NCBI GenBank assembly: GCA_003647645.1
Contig: QMNG01000002.1
Span: 1,151-65,150 of the forward strand
DNA: 64,000 nt
DNA from: a candidate division Kazan bacterium
GTDB taxonomy: Bacteria > Patescibacteriota > Kazan-3B-28
Direction of reading: 5' to 3'
In this document: in pieces, positions 49,545-59,014 of the stretch
How positions within the stretch are numbered: the first letter of the stretch is position 1
Layout: every line of letters begins with the position of its first letter
Notes under the pieces: generated by a model
Database searches by the model: none
Told to the model about the DNA's origin: nothing
What the model saw: only the letters and a program-made list of their open reading frames with translations
Program-made: the position numbers and the translations under genes

Positions 49545-51643
49545 GTTCTAAGCTTAATCTCTGCTATCCCCGATGCCAAATTCTTTATCCCCTCTTTTGT
49601 AAAGGCCACAGTCAGAACATCACCGGTTTTACTGATAACAATACCGTCTCCAAATTTTTTGTGTTTTATTTTGTCGCCGGCTTTTATTTCAGTGTCTGAA
49701 TAAGGATTGGACTTCGTATAGCCATGGGCCGCTTGTCTTTTGATTGTCTTGGTTAAATGTTCCGGCAAGTCCGAAATGAAACGTGATGGCGGGTTGTTTT
49801 GCAAACTACCGTAAAGCAGGCGCTCCTGAGCATATATAAGATAAACCCTCTTGCGGGCTCGAGTGATGGCTACATAGCAAAGGCGGCGTTCCTCTTCTAA
49901 CTCTTCTTGATCAAACAAAGTGCGACTGTGGGGGAAGATATTCTCCTCCATGCCGGCCACAAAGACATAGTCAAATTCCAGGCCCTTGGCTGAATGGATC
50001 GTCATTAAAGTGATTGCCTCATCTTCCGGATTATAGTCATCAATGTCAGCAATTAAGCTGACCTCTTCCAAAAATATGGTCAGTGCTTCCTGCGGAGGCA
50101 AGTGGTCATATTTTTCCATCACTGATTTTAATTCAAAGATATTTTCAAGTCGGGTTTCGCCTTCAACTCCCTCGCTTTTAAGCATTAATTTATATCCCGT
50201 GGCCGCGAGAATAAAGTTTAGCAGCTTACTCAGCACAACTGTCCGGCTCTTTTTAAAAATTCGTTCCATTGTCTGGACAAACCCCGCCATTTGTGGCGTC
50301 GGCTTCTCAATGTTTTTTAAATAGCTGTAAATGCTGATTTGCTGGTCGCGGGCAGCTTTTTCCAGATCGAGAAAACCCTTTTTGCCGATTCCCCGGCGGG
50401 GAGTATTGATGATTCGCGCCAGTGCTATGTTATCGTCAGGATTATTTATTAATTTTAGATATGCCAGCATATCTTTAATTTCTTTTCGTTCGTAAAATCG
50501 TACGCCGCCAACCACCCGATACGGTATGCCGGCTCTGAGTAAGCTTTCCTCCAAGCTGCGCGACTGCGCGTTAGTGCGATACAAAATTACAAAATCATTG
50601 CGGGTAGCTTTTGTATCAGCTTGGATTCTGCCGATCTCCTGCCAAATGAACTCGCCTTCATTTTTTTCATTTAGGGCCTGATAGATTATGATTGGTTCCC
50701 CCTCGTCTTGTTTGGTCCATAATTTTTTGTCACTTCTGTTTTGGTTATGAGAAATTATTGCGTGAGCGCCATCCAAAATATTTTGGGTAGAGCGGTAGTT
50801 GCGTTCAAGTTTGACAATTTTAGCTTTGGGGTAGTCGCGATGAAAATTCAGGATATTTTGATAATTAGCCCCCCGCCACGAGTAGATGCTCTGCCAGTCG
50901 TCTCCCACCACAAATATATTGTTGTGGGAGCTGGCTAGAAGCTTAGCCAACCGGTACTGGGCTGTGTTAGTATCCTGATACTCGTCAATCAGCAGATATT
51001 GAAATTGGTTTTGGTATTTATTCAATACATCGGGATGACTTTCAAATAATATTACTGCATTCATTATCAAGTCATCAAAATCCATCGCTTGGCTGTTTTG
51101 CAAAATGGCTTGATAGATGGGATAAATGCGGGCGACTGTACGCTGAAATGTACCTGAAGATTTGCTGGAATATTCTTTAGCGCCTACAAGCTCATTTTTG
51201 GCGGAGGAGATGTGCGCGCGAACAGCTTCCGGTACAGTTCGTTTGGGGTCAATATTTAGCTGTTCCATCGCCTGCTTAATGGCAGTCAGCTGATCATCGG
51301 CATCTAGTATGCTGAAGCTCAAACTATAACCCAGTTTTCCGGCTTCACGGCGAAGCAGACGAGCACAAAACGAATGAAAGGTGCTGATGTTAAAGTCTTT
51401 GCTGTTGCGTTTGCCGGTGATCTTTAATACCCGGTCCTTTATTTCCTCAGCTGCTTTGTTAGTGAAGGTAATTGCCAGAATATTTGACGGGGCTACCTTT
51501 TTTTGTTTAACCAAATAGGCAATCCGGTGTGTGAGGGCTTTAGTTTTTCCACTTCCTGCTCCCGCCAGCACTAAAACCGGTCCGTTAATTTGCTTGACGG
51601 CCTCGATCTGTTCCTTATTCAGCTCCCTTAGAATATCTAGCAT
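49541..51643 (-). CDS. pcrA: ATP-dependent DNA helicase PcrA/UvrD
   Basis: AGAGSGKT, DEYQDTN, VGDDWQSIYSWRGA, NYRST, TIHSAKGLEF, EERRLCYVAITRA. Confidence 0.95.
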   Translation of the reverse strand: MLDILRELNKEQIEAVKQINGPVLVLAGAGSGKTKALTHRIAYLVKQKKVAPSNILAITFTNKAAEEIKDRVLKITGKRNSKDFNISTFHSFCARLLRREAGKLGYSLSFSILDADDQLTAIKQAMEQLNIDPKRTVPEAVRAHISSAKNELVGAKEYSSKSSGTFQRTVARIYPIYQAILQNSQAMDFDDLIMNAVILFESHPDVLNKYQNQFQYLLIDEYQDTNTAQYRLAKLLASSHNNIFVVGDDWQSIYSWRGANYQNILNFHRDYPKAKIVKLERNYRSTQNILDGAHAIISHNQNRSDKKLWTKQDEGEPIIIYQALNEKNEGEFIWQEIGRIQADTKATRNDFVILYRTNAQSRSLEESLLRAGIPYRVVGGVRFYERKEIKDMLAYLKLINNPDDNIALARIINTPRRGIGKKGFLDLEKAARDQQISIYSYLKNIEKPTPQMAGFVQTMERIFKKSRTVVLSKLLNFILAATGYKLMLKSEGVEGETRLENIFELKSVMEKYDHLPPQEALTIFLEEVSLIADIDDYNPEDEAITLMTIHSAKGLEFDYVFVAGMEENIFPHSRTLFDQEELEEERRLCYVAITRARKRVYLIYAQERLLYGSLQNNPPSRFISDLPEHLTKTIKRQAAHGYTKSNPYSDTEIKAGDKIKHKKFGDGIVISKTGDVLTVAFTKEGIKNLASGIAEIKLRT

Positions 51644-51760
51644 ACTCCAATATTATATACATTTTTCTGCCTCTAGCCTCTTTTTTAGTCTCAGAGCTGA
51701 TTTGCTATACTATAGAGGAGTTTTTCCCTGTTCTCTATCCATAGTTTCTAATTCTAATCA

Positions 51761-52489
51761 ATGTCGGGACATTCTAAGTGGTCTACCATCAAGCACAAGA
51801 AAGCCATCACTGATGCCAAACGCGGTGCAGTTTTTACAAAATTAGCCAGATTGATTGAGGTAGCCGCCAAATCGGGCCCCAATCTTGATATGAATTTTAA
51901 ATTGAAATTAGCGGTCCAGAAAGCCAAGGCCGCTAATATGCCGGCTAGCCACATTGATAAGGCCATCAAAAAGGGGGCGGGTCTGGATAGAGATAAAAGT
52001 AATATCGAAGAGGTAATATACGAAGGGCTAGGGCCGGCTAACGTGGCGATTATGGTCCAAGCGCTAACCGACAACAAGAATCGGACAGTTTCGGATCTTC
52101 GAAATATATTTGCGAAATCTGGCGGCAGTTTGGGTAATACCGGGTCGGTGGCCTGGCAATTTGCCAGCAGGGGTCTGATTACAGTAGACAAAAGCGGTGA
52201 CGATCTGGAGTTAAAACTCATTGATGCCGGAGCAGAGGAAGTTGAAGACCTGAAAGATGTTTTTGAGGTTCACACTGACCCCAAGAAACTTAACCAGGTT
52301 AAGCAAACCATCGAAAAATTGGGAATTAAAGTCAGAGAGGCTAAATTGGCGATGGTGCCAACCCAGACTATAAAGGTGACTGATGCCGCCGACGCCAAAA
52401 AAATTATCAATCTAATGAATGCGCTGGACGATAATCCTGATGTCTCTGAAGTTTTTGCCAATTTTGATATAGACGAAAATTTAATGTAA
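51761..52489 (+). CDS. yebC: YebC/PmpR family protein
   Basis: MSGHSKWSTIKHKK, YEG, TDNKNRT. Confidence 0.96.
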   Translation: MSGHSKWSTIKHKKAITDAKRGAVFTKLARLIEVAAKSGPNLDMNFKLKLAVQKAKAANMPASHIDKAIKKGAGLDRDKSNIEEVIYEGLGPANVAIMVQALTDNKNRTVSDLRNIFAKSGGSLGNTGSVAWQFASRGLITVDKSGDDLELKLIDAGAEEVEDLKDVFEVHTDPKKLNQVKQTIEKLGIKVREAKLAMVPTQTIKVTDAADAKKIINLMNALDDNPDVSEVFANFDIDENLM

Positions 52490-52549
52490 CTAGTTCTGCC
52501 AAAAATCCATCAAGCGGGCTGATAAATAGAGTGATGAAACACTTAAACA

Positions 52550-53077
52550 ATGATCATGAAAAAGATTTCTAGCGGGAAGAAGGACTCTGTAACAGTTATT
52601 TTGGGTCTGGACCCCGGGACTGCCACCACCGGCTGGGGAGTTATTTCTACACATGGAGATAAAAATAAATACATCGCCCACGGCTGTATTGAAACACCTG
52701 CGAAAACTGAATTGCCACTTCGGCTTGATAGCATTGCCAAACAATTAACCAAGTTGATTAGGATATACAAGCCCGATTTAGTCTCAGTTGAGGAGATATA
52801 TTTTTATAGCAATACCACAACCGCCATTTCTGTCGCCCAGGCGCGGGGAGTTTTACTACAAATTGCAGCTGCGCATCACCTGCCGGTTCACAGCTACACT
52901 CCCCTGCAAGTGAAGCAGGCCCTGACTGGCTACGGCAATGCCGACAAGCGCCAAATCCAAAAAATGATTACAATAGTATTGGGCATGGAAGCCGTTCCCG
53001 CCTCCGATGACGCAGCTGACGCTCTGGCGATTGCGGTTACCTGCGCTCACTCGTTTAAATTAGAAGGGATCAAATGA
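52550..53077 (+). CDS. ruvC: Holliday junction resolvase
   Basis: LGLDPG, VEE, AQARG, YTPLQVK, DDAADALA. Confidence 0.96.
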   Translation: MIMKKISSGKKDSVTVILGLDPGTATTGWGVISTHGDKNKYIAHGCIETPAKTELPLRLDSIAKQLTKLIRIYKPDLVSVEEIYFYSNTTTAISVAQARGVLLQIAAAHHLPVHSYTPLQVKQALTGYGNADKRQIQKMITIVLGMEAVPASDDAADALAIAVTCAHSFKLEGIK

Positions 53078-53637
53078 TTGGATACCTCACTGGCAAGGTT
53101 CAGACCCAAGGGCTCAACTGGATTATCTTGGAAACTTCCGGGGGAGTTGGCTATAAAGTATTTGTTACTAGTGAAATCATTGCCGGTTTTAAAACCGGCT
53201 CCAAGATATCTCTGTTGACCCATCTGGTGGTTCGTGAAGACCAACTAACTCTGTACGGTTTTTTAACAGAAGCTGAACTTAATTTCTTTGCTCAGCTGAT
53301 CAGTGTTTCCGGCGTGGGCCCCAAAAGTGCATTGGGTGTGTTAAACGCCGGTAAAGTATCGGAGTTAAGATCTGCTATCAACAAATCGAATGTAGCCATC
53401 TTTACAACTATTTCAGGCATCGGTAAAAAGACGGCGGAGCGAATTATAGTTGAACTCAAAAATAGGCTGGAGGCGGCCGATGGCGCAGTTCCCATCGGAA
53501 CTCAGGACTTGCTGACAGCGCTTGCGGGACTGGGGTATAATGCGTATGAAGTTAAAAAGATTCTGCCTGACATACCCAAAGATCTAGATGCTATTGAGGA
53601 TCGTCTGCGTTACGCTCTAAAACTATTAGGTAAATAA
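53074..53637 (+). CDS. ruvA: Holliday junction branch migration protein
   Basis: MIGYLTG, GVGY, VREDQLTLYGF, VSGVGPKSA, GIGKKTAERI. Confidence 0.96.
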   Translation: MIGYLTGKVQTQGLNWIILETSGGVGYKVFVTSEIIAGFKTGSKISLLTHLVVREDQLTLYGFLTEAELNFFAQLISVSGVGPKSALGVLNAGKVSELRSAINKSNVAIFTTISGIGKKTAERIIVELKNRLEAADGAVPIGTQDLLTALAGLGYNAYEVKKILPDIPKDLDAIEDRLRYALKLLGK

Positions 53638-53667
53638 TATATTAGTGATTTTCAAAAGGGTCTCATC

Positions 53668-53853
53668 ATGAAGAAAGATACTCGTTCGCCTGGCAACTGC
53701 ATCCATGGTCTTGATTTTATCGATAAGCTGCTGATTATCCTATTCGCCATTGTTGTCCTGTTGGTCAATATTGGCATTTTCAGTACGGCTTGGCTAGCCT
53801 ACTGGCCGCTGTTTCTGATCGTCTGGATAATTAAGGAATTTTTGGACGAATAA
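53668..53853 (+). CDS. Small membrane protein
   Basis: 61 aa, two hydrophobic segments, YWPLFLI; fills an operon gap. Confidence 0.6.
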   Translation: MKKDTRSPGNCIHGLDFIDKLLIILFAIVVLLVNIGIFSTAWLAYWPLFLIVWIIKEFLDE

Positions 53854-53858
53854 CCGCC

Positions 53859-54842
53859 GTGAATAAATTGTTCGTCACAATTGCAATTGCAATGGGGGCG
53901 CTGACGATTGTTGTTGTCAGCGCCTACTTTGTGCTGTTTGCTCCCCCCGATTATACCGGCACTAAAACAGTATTTGTTGTTAACAGCGGCCAAAGTATTG
54001 CAGATGTTATCAATTCGCTTTTTGAGGAACAGTTTGTCCGTTCCCGTCTCGGTGCCAAAATTGCTTTTAAACTCAGTCGGGTGCGGGTTGTTCAGGCGAA
54101 TATTTATGATGTGTCCCAGCGGATGAACGCTTGGCAAATTGCCCGGGTTATTGGCGGTGATGAGATAAATGCGGCCAAAGTTACCGTTCCTGAGGGTTTT
54201 ACCATTGAGCAGATTGGAGAATTGCTGCACAAAAAAAGTATTGTTAGCGCCGAGAAATTTGTAGATTTTGCCACTAATTATGCGTCAGACAGAGATTTTT
54301 TAACAGCCAGAAACACTAATTCGCTGGAGGGTTATCTTTTCCCAGATACCTACAATTTTGCCCACGGCGTTGATCCTCAAAACATTACTGAAAAGATGTT
54401 GAGTAATTTTAATCGGCGCATCAGTCCGCTGGCGGATGACATTGCCAGCTCTCGATATGATCTTCATCAAATCATTACTCTAGCATCGTTGGTCGAAAAA
54501 GAAGCCCGCAATGATGAGGACAGAAAGCTGATGGCGGGTGTGATGCTTAACCGTCTAAATATCGGAATGAAACTAGATGTAGATGCCACTGTGCGTTACA
54601 TCACAAATAATTGGTTGGAGCCGATTGGTCAAGATGATTTGGATATTGATTCACCGTATAATACCCGAAAATATGCCGGTCTTCCGCCCGGACCCATTTG
54701 CAATCCCGGTTTGGCCGCGATCGAGGCGGTGCTTCGCCCGACTGCCAGCCGCTACTTTTATTACCTCACTGCCCCTGATGGCACCAGCTATTACGCCAGA
54801 ACTTTGGATGAACATAATGCCAACAAGGCCAAGTATCTGTAG
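53859..54842 (+). CDS. mltG: Endolytic transglycosylase MltG
   Basis: VTVPEG, LEGYLFPDTY, ASLVEKE, SPYNT, GLPPGPICNPG. Confidence 0.95.
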   Translation: MNKLFVTIAIAMGALTIVVVSAYFVLFAPPDYTGTKTVFVVNSGQSIADVINSLFEEQFVRSRLGAKIAFKLSRVRVVQANIYDVSQRMNAWQIARVIGGDEINAAKVTVPEGFTIEQIGELLHKKSIVSAEKFVDFATNYASDRDFLTARNTNSLEGYLFPDTYNFAHGVDPQNITEKMLSNFNRRISPLADDIASSRYDLHQIITLASLVEKEARNDEDRKLMAGVMLNRLNIGMKLDVDATVRYITNNWLEPIGQDDLDIDSPYNTRKYAGLPPGPICNPGLAAIEAVLRPTASRYFYYLTAPDGTSYYARTLDEHNANKAKYL

Positions 54843-55034
54843 CTATTTCTTCCCTCGGGGTCTTGAGACCCTCTGGGTCGGAGACCAGTCCTTGATCTCG
54901 ATTTTTCTGCCGGATTCAAGCGAAATGCTGACTTTTTGGTGCTCATGCCATCCCAAGGTGTCGATAATCGCCTTTGGCACCACGACCGTGTAGCTATATT
55001 TCCCCAGTTTGTTGAGTTTTCTCGTAAACTTCAT
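54843..55034 (-). CDS. AbrB/MazE/SpoVT family DNA-binding protein
   Basis: RKLNKLGKYSYTVVVPKAIIDTLGW…KVSI…IEIKDW pattern. Confidence 0.78.
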   Translation of the reverse strand: MKFTRKLNKLGKYSYTVVVPKAIIDTLGWHEHQKVSISLESGRKIEIKDWSPTQRVSRPRGKK

Positions 55035-55048
55035 AATCCTGATGAACT

Positions 55049-55076
55049 AATAGTATATACTATGCTATATACTATT
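55049..55076. promoter_or_regulatory. Palindromic operator candidate
   Basis: AATAGTATATA-N6-TATATACTATT perfect 11-bp inverted repeat between divergent genes. Confidence 0.6.
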
Positions 55077-55112
55077 TTAAATTAGTCAAGTAAATGTGTA
55101 CGATTTGAATAA

Positions 55113-56558
55113 ATGGTCTATCCCTATCAAGTCGTTGCGATTTTTGGCTTAAGTTTTTTGTTTGGTGTTCTCATCGCCTCATATTTTCACCTCCCTATCT
55201 GGATAATTCTGCTGGGGATTTTTTTATTCGGAATAACTTTATTTCTAAAACGCAGAGTTTTAATTAGATTAATATCTGTTTTTGGTTTGGGGATGCTGCT
55301 GGGCTGGTGGAGATATGATGCAGTAATCCAGCCAGTCCAAAATTCAGTTGCCGACTGGGCTGGAGAAACAATTACTGTCTCTGGATTTGTAAAAAGCGAT
55401 CCAGAAACCATTAATAATGTGCAAACCTTGCACCTTGATGTTTATTCAATTGAAAAAAAGCCGGCTGCCGGAAAGATATTGCTAAGCACCTGGCCGCTTC
55501 CCCGCTTTTACTACGGCGATGAATTAACTATGAAGGCAAAAATATCTTTGCCAAAACTCACACCGGAGTTTGATTACGCTGCCTATCTTCGCAAGGATGG
55601 CATATATGCTCTAGGGCAGACGGTTAGTGAAGTATCTATTCTACGCAGCCCCAGAAATTCTGTGCTGTATTGGCTTTATAAGGCCAAACACTGGCTGTCC
55701 GGCCAGATCAACAAATTTTTGCCCGAGCCGGACAGCGCCTTAATGAATGGATTACTGTTGGGACTGCGGACTCAATTGCCCGAACAATTTAAAGAACTGC
55801 TGCAATATTCCGGCACAACTCATATTATTGCCCTGTCTGGATTTAACATTACTGTCATTGCCGGTTTTTTCTTGTGGATGTTTGGAGCCATTCCGCGCCG
55901 TTTTGGGTTGATAATGGCCGGATTAGGCATTTTATTATTTGTCTTGATGACAGGAGCGGCTAGTTCGGTAGTTCGAGCAGCGATTATGGGTGGAATAATG
56001 CTATTGGCAGCTTATTTGCATCGTAGAAGAAGCTTATTTAACGCTGTTATTGTGGCAGCGATGATTATGGTGGCGATAAATCCATTGGTGTTACAATATG
56101 ATGCCGGTTTTCAACTTTCGGTGGCTGCCACGATTGGATTAATTGCCATCACCCCGCTGGTTTTGCCAAAATTATCTGGATTTCCCATAGTTGTTAAAGA
56201 AGCTTTGGCCACAACTGCCGCGGCAACCGTTGCTGTAATTCCATTGGTTGTTTTTCATTTTGGTGGTTTTTCGCTTTATACAATCCTAGCCAATTTGTTA
56301 GTGGTGCCCTTGGTTCCAATTACGATGTTGACGGGGTTTGCAACATTGGTCATCCATTTGGCTGTTCCCTTTTGGGGCTTTATCGGTCTGGCTAGTTTCG
56401 CTCTCACCCGTGTTTTAGTAAATATAATCAGTTTTTTTGGATCGCTGCCATACGCATTTGTAGAATTGCCGCCTCTTTCCCCCGTCTGGCCGGTCATTTA
56501 TTATTTACTGCTTATAGTCGGAGTTTATTGGTTAAAAAATGTTCAATCAAAAACTTAA
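55113..56558 (+). CDS. comEC: ComEC/Rec2 competence channel (membrane/OB part)
   Basis: FDYAAYL, GTTHIIALSGFNI, SVVRAAIMG, GFQLS, ANLLVVP. Confidence 0.92.
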   Translation: MVYPYQVVAIFGLSFLFGVLIASYFHLPIWIILLGIFLFGITLFLKRRVLIRLISVFGLGMLLGWWRYDAVIQPVQNSVADWAGETITVSGFVKSDPETINNVQTLHLDVYSIEKKPAAGKILLSTWPLPRFYYGDELTMKAKISLPKLTPEFDYAAYLRKDGIYALGQTVSEVSILRSPRNSVLYWLYKAKHWLSGQINKFLPEPDSALMNGLLLGLRTQLPEQFKELLQYSGTTHIIALSGFNITVIAGFFLWMFGAIPRRFGLIMAGLGILLFVLMTGAASSVVRAAIMGGIMLLAAYLHRRRSLFNAVIVAAMIMVAINPLVLQYDAGFQLSVAATIGLIAITPLVLPKLSGFPIVVKEALATTAAATVAVIPLVVFHFGGFSLYTILANLLVVPLVPITMLTGFATLVIHLAVPFWGFIGLASFALTRVLVNIISFFGSLPYAFVELPPLSPVWPVIYYLLLIVGVYWLKNVQSKT

Positions 56559-57396
56559 ACTTTGGCACTGGTTGGCGATTGGGCTGGCTATTGCCGACTT
56601 GGCTATTCTTTATTGCGTTAATACTCGGCCGGATGGCTTGGCTCATATTTATTTTTTGAATGTGGGCCAGGGCGATTCAATTTTGATCAAGACCGCCGAT
56701 GGTCAACATATCCTCATCGACGGGGGGCCGGACAACGAAGTTGTTAAGTTAATTGACAGCATTTTACCGCCGTGGGGACGGCAATTAGACTTGGTTATTT
56801 TAACCCACCCGCATGCAGACCATGCCACCGGACTAATTGAAGTTGCCAGGCGCTATCAAATTAATGAATTTGCTTTTAACGGACTGCCGTACCCTACCGA
56901 GACCTACAATACTTTGTTGAATCTGATAGAGGCCCGCGGGATTGATATTAATATCATCGACGAAAATGACAAATATAAATTCAAACGATCGGTGTTGGAC
57001 ATTATTCATCCATTAAATAGCGGATTAGATATCAGTGCCAATCCTAATGACACATCAGTTGTCGCCATTTTTGATTATCTAGACTTTGAGTTGCTGTTGA
57101 CTGGCGATATTGGGGTTGGGATCGAAGATAAACTAATTCAAAATGGTTCTGTGTTGGATGTGGAAGCATTAAAGGTTGGTCACCAAGGCAGCCGGACATC
57201 CACCAGCCAGGATCTGCTCAGTATCGCCAGGCCGGAAGTGTCAATTATTGCTGTCGGCCACAATAGCTATGGTCACCCCCACGATGAGGTAGTTAAAAGA
57301 ATTAAAAATTTTGGTAGTAAATTATTTAGAACTGATAAGTCCGGCACTATTGAAATAGTCACCGACGGTCATATCTACCAAGTTTTAACAGATTGA
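56539..57396 (+). CDS. ComEC-type metallo-beta-lactamase domain protein (separate ORF)
   Basis: NVGQGDS, LIDGG, THPHADH, NDTS, LLTGD, LKVGHQGS, YGHPH, RTD. Confidence 0.9.
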   Translation: MFNQKLKLWHWLAIGLAIADLAILYCVNTRPDGLAHIYFLNVGQGDSILIKTADGQHILIDGGPDNEVVKLIDSILPPWGRQLDLVILTHPHADHATGLIEVARRYQINEFAFNGLPYPTETYNTLLNLIEARGIDINIIDENDKYKFKRSVLDIIHPLNSGLDISANPNDTSVVAIFDYLDFELLLTGDIGVGIEDKLIQNGSVLDVEALKVGHQGSRTSTSQDLLSIARPEVSIIAVGHNSYGHPHDEVVKRIKNFGSKLFRTDKSGTIEIVTDGHIYQVLTD

Positions 57397-57437
57397 ACGT
57401 ACGCTCGTACTTACGGCCGTAAGTACGAGTGCGTGTT
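57396..57437. repeat. Long palindrome between convergent genes
   Basis: Perfect 26-bp CTCGTACTTACGGCCGTAAGTACGAG at 57404-57429, extendable with G:U pairs. Confidence 0.75.
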
Positions 57438-57528
57438 TCCTTGAGAGGGGTTTACGCCGAAAATCCTTAGCGAGGGCTATGGATTTGTTTTTGCGCACGG
57501 GCAGGCAATATTGGATAAATAGATGATA

Positions 57529-58608
57529 CTAAGCGGCCGGGACTGCGATCCCCTCCTGTTTCAGGTCATGAGCCATCATCTTGGCAACGAGCTCATCAAA
57601 TGAAGTTTTGGGCCTCCACCCGAGAATCTTTTTGGCTTTAGCCGGATTGCCACATAGTAGATAAACATCATTGGGGCGGAAGAACTTTGGATTGACGGCG
57701 ACAACAAGCTTGTCATCGACATATCCCTTTTCATTGTTTCCAGCTCCTTCCCACCGAATACTCCAGCCAAGGCATTTGCAGGCAGCTTCTACGAACTGGC
57801 GGACAGTGCGGGTTTCACCCGTAGCGATAACAAAGTCCTGCCATTGATCGGCCGGACCTTCCTGCTGGAGCATTTGCCACATTGCCTCGACATAATCTCT
57901 GGCATAACCCCAGTCGCGTTTGGCTTCGAGGTTTCCCAAGTATAAAATGTCCTGCTTGCCGGCTTTGATTCGAGCCAGCGCCTTGGTAATTTTGCGGGTG
58001 ACAAAGTTTTCTCCGCGCAGCTCAGATTCGTGATTGAAAAGAATCCCGCAAGCGGTGCGGATTTGTTTGCCGTGTTCAACATGCCTTGCCCGGACAACTT
58101 CAAAATGAGCGGCTAACTTGGCATTGCCGTATGGCGATAACGGCCAAAATGGTGTTTTTTCATCCTGGGTTTGCAGCTTTAGTTCCCGAGCGGTGCCGCC
58201 GAACATTTCAGAGGTAGAAGCTTGGTACAATCGAACAGCATCTTCCATATTCAGCGCCCGGATGGCAGTTAGAATATTCAGTACACCAATATAGTTGATG
58301 CTGGCAGTTAGATGGGGCTGTTCGAAGGCAATTGCCACATCGCTTTGAGCGGCTAGATTATAAATTTCGTCCGGCTGATATTTTTTCAGGAGGTTGATGA
58401 TGGAATTGATGTCGGTAATGTCCCCTCCCGCTAAAATAAGGCTGCCAGAATGGAGAGAATCTTCCAATCCTAAATGCCTTAAGCGGTATGGGGGTTCAGT
58501 ACTGATCCTTCTCATCAGGCCGATAACCCGGTAACCTTTTTTGAGCAACAACTCGGCCAAAATGCTACCGTCTTGTCCAGTGATACCCGTGATCAATGCC
58601 GTTTTCAT
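57529..58608 (-). CDS. gmd: GDP-mannose 4,6-dehydratase
   Basis: ALITGITGQDGS, YNLAAQS, YQASTSEMFG, SPYGNAK, GILFNHES, FVTRKIT, RDWGYA. Confidence 0.95.
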   Translation of the reverse strand: MKTALITGITGQDGSILAELLLKKGYRVIGLMRRISTEPPYRLRHLGLEDSLHSGSLILAGGDITDINSIINLLKKYQPDEIYNLAAQSDVAIAFEQPHLTASINYIGVLNILTAIRALNMEDAVRLYQASTSEMFGGTARELKLQTQDEKTPFWPLSPYGNAKLAAHFEVVRARHVEHGKQIRTACGILFNHESELRGENFVTRKITKALARIKAGKQDILYLGNLEAKRDWGYARDYVEAMWQMLQQEGPADQWQDFVIATGETRTVRQFVEAACKCLGWSIRWEGAGNNEKGYVDDKLVVAVNPKFFRPNDVYLLCGNPAKAKKILGWRPKTSFDELVAKMMAHDLKQEGIAVPAA

Positions 58609-58675
58609 GTTTTTAACATTAATAATTATGCTTTCAGACTGACAAAATCCACTTGGATTGTCAAGAAGCTGTATA

Positions 58676-58984
58676 ATGGATGAAATGGACAGAAAAAATT
58701 TTATTAAGCGGGCTGAGGATTTTGTCTGCGAAAATTGCGGACATAGAGTTTATGGCACGGGCTTTACTAACCACTGTCCGAAATGTCTATTTAGTAAGCA
58801 CGTGGATAATATTCCCGGAGATAGAGACAATGTCTGTAATGGTATGATGAAGCCGATGAGGCTAGAGTTTAAAAAAGGTTTACCCCACCAAGTTGTGCAC
58901 AGATGTCTCAAGTGTGGGGCGATCAAAAAAAATGAAGTTGCTCAAGACGACAACAAAGATATTTTAGTTGACTTGCCTCATTAG
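58676..58984 (+). CDS. RNHCP domain zinc-binding protein (start 58676 or 58685)
   Basis: FVCENCG, TNHCPKCLFSKHVD..PGDR, HRCLKCG. Confidence 0.85.
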   Translation: MDEMDRKNFIKRAEDFVCENCGHRVYGTGFTNHCPKCLFSKHVDNIPGDRDNVCNGMMKPMRLEFKKGLPHQVVHRCLKCGAIKKNEVAQDDNKDILVDLPH

Positions 58985-59014
58985 ATCTGAAGTCTTTATT
59001 CTGAGTGCCAATTT

